Source of the DNA: Octopus sinensis
Lineage: Eukaryota
Reading direction: 5' to 3'
Assembly: GCF_006345805.1 (NCBI RefSeq)
Contig: NW_021825642.1
Span: forward strand, 1-14,796
Length of the DNA stretch: 14,796 bases
In this document: piece after piece, positions 9,792 through 14,796 of the stretch
Layout: every line of letters starts with the position of its first letter
Numbering within the stretch: the stretch's first letter is position 1
Position numbers and translations under genes: made by a program
The notes under the pieces: model-generated
What the model saw: the letters and a program-made list of their open reading frames with translations, nothing else
What the model was told of the DNA's origin: nothing
Databases searched by the model: none

Positions 9792-10350
9792 AGAATAGGC
9801 GTTCGAATTTAAATTTTCAATCCGGCGTGTATTTACTTCCCTTTTTTTTTCAAGATGACTTTCATTTTATTTATAAAGTCATCTTTCGATGCTTAGGATT
9901 TAATTTTTTCTGGGGATTATAGACAATTCGTGGAGGCGCAATGGCCCAGTGGTTAGGGCAGCGGACGCGCGGTCGTAGGATCGCGGTTTCGATTCCCAGA
10001 CCGGGCGTTGTGAGTATTTATTGAGCGAAAACACCTAAAGCTCCACGAAGCTCCGGCAGGGGATGGTGGTGATCCCTGCTGTACTCTTTCACCACAACTT
10101 TCTCTCACTCTTACTTCCTGTTTCTGTTGTACCTGTATTTCAAAGGGCCGGCCTTGTCACTCTCTGTGTCACGCTGAATATCCCCGAGAACTACGTTAAG
10201 GGTACACGTGTCTGTGGAGTGCTCAGCCACTTACACGTTAATTTCACGAGCAGGCTGTTCCGTTGATCGGATCAACCGGAACCCTCGTCGTCGTAACCGA
10301 CGGAGTGCTTCCACCACAGACAATTCATTAATCACGTTACACAAAATGTT
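9792..10350 (-). pseudogene. pol remnant: linker between RNase H and integrase, split by the SINE at 9930-10317
   Basis: After removing the SINE and one TSD copy and allowing one frameshift, the minus strand reads KNILCNVINELSIIPEKIKS*ASKDDFINKMK. This resembles the ELPVT...I...A..D.FI..MK linker of K02A2.6-like Pol. Confidence 0.7.
9930..10317 (+). mobile_element. Full-length 388-bp tRNA-derived SINE, probably young
   Basis: A box TGGCCCAGTGG at 9942-9952, B-box-like GTTTCGATTCC at 9986-9996, short CCA-repeat end. Perfect 9-bp TSD AGACAATTC at 9921-9929 and 10318-10326. Confidence 0.96.
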
Positions 10351-11090
10351 TTTTATCTCAAATTTGGCTTTTGCTTTCGAACATGAACTTAGTTCGTCTG
10401 AAAACACGTCTGGGAATTCTTTCTTTAATTCTTTTTGCAATTTGTCCGAGTCGGTCCTAGATCTTATGCCTGTATCTATTACATTTTTGCAATAATGGTT
10501 AATGTGTAAATCCCAGCGATCGAATATCTCCATCCAATTCGTTCCAAATAGCTTACTTGTATTATTTAATAAAAAAAAACAACATATGCGTCCTTTTTAA
10601 AGCCTAGCCAGGCTCATGGCCCCGGTTTCCCGGTTTCAATGGCGTATGTGTTCCCCAGTCCATCGCAGCGTTACTCATTTTTGCCAGCTGTGTGGACTGG
10701 AGCAACGTGAAATGAAGTGTTTTGCTCAAGAACACAACGCGTCGCCGGGCCAGGAATCGAAACCACAATCTTACGATCATGATGCTGACACCCTAACCAC
10801 TAAGCCACGCGCCTCCACTACTTGTATTACTTAGCACACAAATAAGCCTTTGCTTATATCGTTCTTCCTCGGAAAGTCACATCGCAATTGAATTCACCTC
10901 AAAACAGCTTTCGTAGCTTTCCTGAGTACTAGTCTACCTTAAGCATTCCTTGTTTTGCCATTTAATATATTTATATCGCTCCCAGTATCAAGCTGTAATC
11001 TGACGTTTGTTCCACTTATTTTTGTGTTTACAAACCTTCTAAGTATATCGTTATCGTTTTCGGATACAGCGTATACATTTTTATTGTTTC
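10351..11090 (-). pseudogene. Retroviral-type aspartic protease and pre-RT linker (disrupted)
   Basis: The minus strand reads RRFVNTKISGTNVRLQLDTGSDINILN, with the DTG motif at 10989-10981. It continues GEFNCDVTFRGRTI*AKAY/VLSNTSKLFGTNWMEIFDRW across the 10565-10818 SINE, then LQKELKKEFPDVFSDELSSCSKAKAKFEIK. Confidence 0.9.
10565..10818 (-). mobile_element. tRNA-derived SINE of another family, inserted in the protease region
   Basis: Minus-strand head GTGGAGGCGCGTGGCTTAGTGGTTAGGG, A box at 10807-10797, B-box-like GTTTCGATTCC at 10763-10753. Perfect 11-bp TSD TACTTGTATTA at 10554-10564 and 10819-10829. Confidence 0.95.
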
Positions 11091-11128
11091 CTGTACGCAT
11101 GATTTTGGGATTCTTTCCGTAGTTTTGT

Positions 11129-11960
11129 ACAATAACGAAAACTTTTGTGACCTTGAAAACCGCCCCGGAAACATTTACGTTTTTTTAACAAACACTCACC
11201 CCAGTCACGTATTTGACCGCATCTCGTGCACGGATCCACATTGCACTTTCTAATGTCTTTCTTTGGCTTTATTGCCTGTATGTTTGCTATATCGTGTTCC
11301 TGTATCCTCTCATTGTCGTCTTTAAGAGCTATCTGTTGGCAGTCTTCTGATATCTGATGAAGAGTAATATCCTGTTCTGTCCTAGCTTAATCAATATCCT
11401 TGTGCAAATTTCCGAATCCTGTTGTGCTGTTACTCCTTGAACGAACGTCAGGCACTTAAACATGTCCGTTGTCAGTCCCTTTAATTCAAACTTTTCCCAC
11501 TCACGGTTGAGTATTCCGGCATATGTTATCAAGTCATCGTCTACGTTTTTCTTCAAATTTAAACAGGACCATCTCGTGTTTAACAAATATATTTTTGCCG
11601 CTAAAACAGTTTTGATAGAATGCTTATTGTGTCTTCAAATCGTAAATCTCCAGGTTTTGTGGGTAGTATATAATTAATATACTTTTCATGTTCCACTGGT
11701 GTTAGTTTTCTTAGCAAAAATCTAGTCTTCTGTTCTTCTTTCCAGTTTGAACATTCGTTCTTGAAAATTTCTTCAAATCGACTATAACAAGCGACAAACG
11801 TGACACCTTCGGCCGGACTATATCTAAATTTATCGATGGAGCTTACCAACGAATCTGGTGTAAATGCATTTGTAACATTTTTCGTTTCCTTGAGGAGAAC
11901 CTGTAAAAACTCCTGTTTCTGTGTTTGCAACACTATCACTGCTGATAGTAATTCTTCCAT
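11129..11960 (-). pseudogene. gag, frameshifted into three pieces, with twin degenerate zinc knuckles
   Basis: ORF 11960-11601 (FRYSPAEGVTFVACYSRFEEIF...TRFLLRKL...EHEKYINYILP..P.DLRFEDTISILSKLF) and ORF 11586-11329 (LNTRWSCLNL...TYAGILNRE.EKF.L..LT.DMFKCLTFVQG) are typical K02A2.6-like Gag. A third frame gives CTRCGQIRDWGEC (11230-11192; H>R) and CFRGGFQGHKSFRYC (11173-11129; C>G). Confidence 0.92.
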
Positions 11961-12043
11961 GATAAAAAAACAAGATGAATTTTTTTGTTCTCATAAAGCA
12001 AAAATATACAATTTACTACAATTTGAGTGAGTCTCGAACACTT

Positions 12044-12053
12044 CTCGTCGCCA
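12044..12053 (-). promoter_or_regulatory. Primer-binding site TGGCGACGAG
   Basis: Lies 2 nt inside the LTR end (...ATATAACA GT TGGCGACGAG). Complementary to CUCGUCGCCA, the 3' end of eukaryotic tRNA-Ser(GCU). Confidence 0.85.
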
Positions 12054-12055
12054 AC

Positions 12056-12242
12056 TGTTATATCATCCAAACTATTATATCGCCCAACTGTTGTATCATC
12101 AGTGAGGATATATGATGTGTGTCTCTGTGTGTTTGTAACAATATGTCACAATACAAAATATAACGTCCAGAGTCGTTAGAATATTGTATCGGTCAAGTAT
12201 TGAGAGGAGTCAATTGTACACACGACCCTTACCACTACCACA
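12056..12242 (-). repeat. 5' LTR; inner end firm at 12056, outer end uncertain
   Basis: The CA terminus adjoins the PBS and the sequence is homologous to 9263-9309. Several candidate TG starts exist (12140, 12150, 12222, 12242) and none is supported by a TSD. Confidence 0.65.
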
Positions 12243-12450
12243 ATGATTATGATGATGATGATGATGATGATGATGATCATCATCATCATAAACATCAACA
12301 ACAACAACAAAAACATCGCTGTCAACTATCAGATTGAAATAGTAAGAGGGAGTCTCGTAAAATTAATTTTACATCTGAATTTAAAATATCAGAAGAACCA
12401 CGAGTTTCATAGTGTATGTACGTATGTGTGTATGTATGTATGTGTGTGTG

Positions 12451-12525
<75 letters not shown>

Positions 12526-12946
12526 TTATCTATCTATCTATGTCTGTTAGAGACACACACACATATACATATGTCTTTGGATGCTTTGAAATATGTGGGA
12601 TTATGTACTGTATATGCCTAAAAGTGTTTTAGGAAGCTAAAATGTATATTATATATATATATATATATATATATCTATATATATATATATATACATACAT
12701 AAACGTTTTTACAAACGTGATTGTTCTCAAATGTGTATAAAACAATTTTTGAGCCATCAGCATACACACACACAATATATATATGTATATGCATGCATAA
12801 ACTTATTTATGAATATATGTATACATTTATGTAACTATATATTTATATACATACTTGCATATATATATATAATATATATATTATAATATATATATATATA
12901 ATATATCAATATAAATATATATTTATATATAATATATAATTATATG

Positions 12947-12994
<48 letters not shown>

Positions 12995-12995
12995 T
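12243..12995. repeat. Microsatellites: (GAT)/(CAT)/(CAA) 12243-12312, (CTAT)n 12451-12541, (TA)-rich 12645-12995
   Basis: Directly visible. Confidence 0.95.
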
Positions 12996-13147
12996 ATGTA
13001 TGTATGTGTATACGTGCTCGTGTATTCGGTTTAACATGTACAGCATGTATACTTAATAAGTCAACACATATAACCACACAGAAGCACACACATACACACA
13101 CAGATGTATATGTATACAACTGCCTATTAAGACACACACAGGTACGC

Positions 13148-13291
13148 ACACACACAAACACACATATACATAAACAGATACATCAATATATATGTATATA
13201 TACACACACACACAAACACATAAACAGATACATCAATATATGTATATATATACACACACACAAACACACATATACATAAACAGATACATCA

Positions 13292-13324
<33 letters not shown>

Positions 13325-13380
13325 AACACACATATACATAAACAGATACATCATTATAATATAATATATATACACACACA
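13148..13380. repeat. Four-copy minisatellite, 50-61-bp period, with constant core ATAAACAGATACATCA
   Basis: The core recurs at 13170, 13220, 13277 and 13338; spacer length varies through (TA)n and (CA)n. Confidence 0.9.
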
Positions 13381-13395
13381 CACATATTTATATAT

Positions 13396-13426
<31 letters not shown>

Positions 13427-14015
13427 TTCATACATATATTACTATAGATGCATGCATACACACAAACACAGGCACACGCACACATACACACACACTCTCA
13501 GATATATATGTCACGCTTAATATGGCTTCTCTGAACGCTTTTTCATGGTCTTCCATATTTTGAGATCTAATTTTACATATAGCTTCTATATTAAGGTTTC
13601 CCAAGGTTATTTATGACAAATATTTATCAATTTTTACCTCTATATTTGATTGTGCTTCGTTATTTTTTCTTATTCTTTATTTCATTTTAGTTGCATATTT
13701 TATTTTTCTCTTTAAAATTGCCATGTTTACTTTTCAAGGCGTTTTCATATTAAGTGCATGAATATATATATATATATACTGCTGCGCATGCTCGTATGTC
13801 CTCCCTAATTTCTCCCCGATGGCATACATAAGTTTTGTTCCCACGTCATTCATTTCTGTATGGATAAATGTGTCTCTTTATTTATGTATATATATGTATG
13901 TGTATGCGTGTACGTATGTGAGTGCATTAATGAAACGAGCGTGGTAAATCGGTTAGGAAAATCTCTGAAATATACATACATATGACATTATATACATACA
14001 TATATATATTTATAT

Positions 14016-14216
14016 ATGTATGTATGTATGTATTTATGTATGTAATGTATGTAGTATGTATGTATGTATGTATGTATTTATGTATGTAATGTATGTATGT
14101 ATGCATGTATGCATGTATGTATTTATGTATGTAATGTATGTATGTATGTATGTATGTATGTATGTATGTATGTATGTATGTATGTATGTATGTATGTATG
14201 TATGTATGTATGTATG
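14016..14216. repeat. (GTAT)n microsatellite
   Basis: Directly visible. Confidence 0.97.
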
Positions 14217-14796
14217 AAGAAAATGGATAGAAGTCTTGTTGCATTTCAAGATGCGGAAGAAACAAATGCTTGTTTGGTCTTAATTGGTATAATTAATCAT
14301 GAAAATATTTCCTCTCATTATTAATAACATAATTCCTTCTATTTGACAAATTGTTGATCCTACGGGTATAAAATTCTCCAGATTTCGAAGCACAGAAATA
14401 CTGCATATCATTTTAAACATCTTCACGCTTAATAAACCCTTTTCCTTCTGAATAATGCTACAACGATCTGAAAAGATGACCATGAGATGAACCAAGCTCA
14501 GAAATTAAGGAGTATCAGGCAAAACTTGCATAATTAGTGCTAGAATCTATTCTTGAGTGACTAGGGCTGTATATGGTTTTGCATTCTCCTGTATGATGAG
14601 CAGCACTTCTTCACGAGTGCCCCACGATGGACACTTATCCTGTAAGCTTTTACACAATGCTTCAAACTGACGAGAATACTTCTCCGTATTAACTTATTGA
14701 CTTGGTTTATTGACTCGTGACAGGCGACAGCCTTCTTCTCACACTAAACGCAGACCATAATTCGTATGGGTGTGGCGTTGGACTGGGGACGGGTCT
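14217..14796 (-). mobile_element. Decayed mariner (Tc1/mariner D,D34D) transposon: C-terminal transposase 14796-14293 plus probable 3' TIR remnant; continues beyond the window
   Basis: With stops and frameshifts, the minus strand reads IMVCV*CEKKAVACHESI/KPSQ*VNTEKYSRQFEALCKSLQDKCPSWGTREEVLLIIQENAKPYTALVTQE*ILAL.MQVLPDTP*/SELGSSHGHLFRSL*HYSEGK...SKSGEFYTRRINNLSNRRNYVINNERKYFHD*. This matches mariner VMLCVWWD, HDNARPH, WEVLPHPPYSPDLAPSDYHLFRSL and the G.YF.D terminus. The spacing between the last two catalytic positions is 34. Confidence 0.93.

Larger units (their letters stand above)
9263..12242 (-). mobile_element. Decayed, internally deleted Ty3/Gypsy LTR retrotransposon (Mag-like lineage, K02A2.6-like Gag-Pol) with four nested SINEs; right boundary uncertain (12140-12242)
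   Basis: The minus strand has LTR, PBS, gag, two zinc knuckles, aspartic protease, pre-RT linker, post-RNase H linker and a second LTR remnant in the expected order. It carries multiple frameshifts and stops. No TSD could be identified. Confidence 0.88.

Noticed and set aside
10231-10533. 100-aa ORF as an intact gene
   Set aside because: It is a chimera of pol remnant and the antisense strand of the inserted SINE (RRLRRRGFRLIRS... comes from the SINE tail).
9044-10818. tRNA-like A/B-box sequences at 9044, 9930 and 10818 (also 2802) as tRNA genes
   Set aside because: They do not form a complete cloverleaf, have degenerate B boxes, and continue into SINE bodies, two of them with TSDs.
12140-12247. 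TSD defining the right end of the LTR element
   Set aside because: None of the candidate CA ends is followed by the left-flank sequence GTAG/AGTAG, so the boundary is left unresolved.

Overview
AT-rich, microsatellite-saturated animal genomic DNA. The SINE families match those I recognise from octopus/coleoid cephalopods; this is inferred from memory, not from a search. Almost all ORF-track entries are simple-repeat artefacts. Supported content: (1) a probable short coding exon on the minus strand (430->338) that the ORF track misses; (2) at least eight tRNA-derived SINE copies or fragments from about four families, three with clear target-site duplications (TSDs); (3) a tandem array of a ~349-bp foldback (palindromic) MITE-like element at 5337-6106, with two identical junctions; (4) a complete 372-bp non-autonomous Helitron (6833-7204, minus); (5) a decayed, internally deleted Ty3/Gypsy (Mag-like) LTR retrotransposon (about 9263-12240, minus) carrying four nested SINEs; (6) a decayed D,D34D mariner transposase running off the right edge. 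I see no intact transposase, RT or RNA gene, and no clear new biological system. The most unusual element is the tandem foldback array, whose junctions are conserved while its bodies have diverged.
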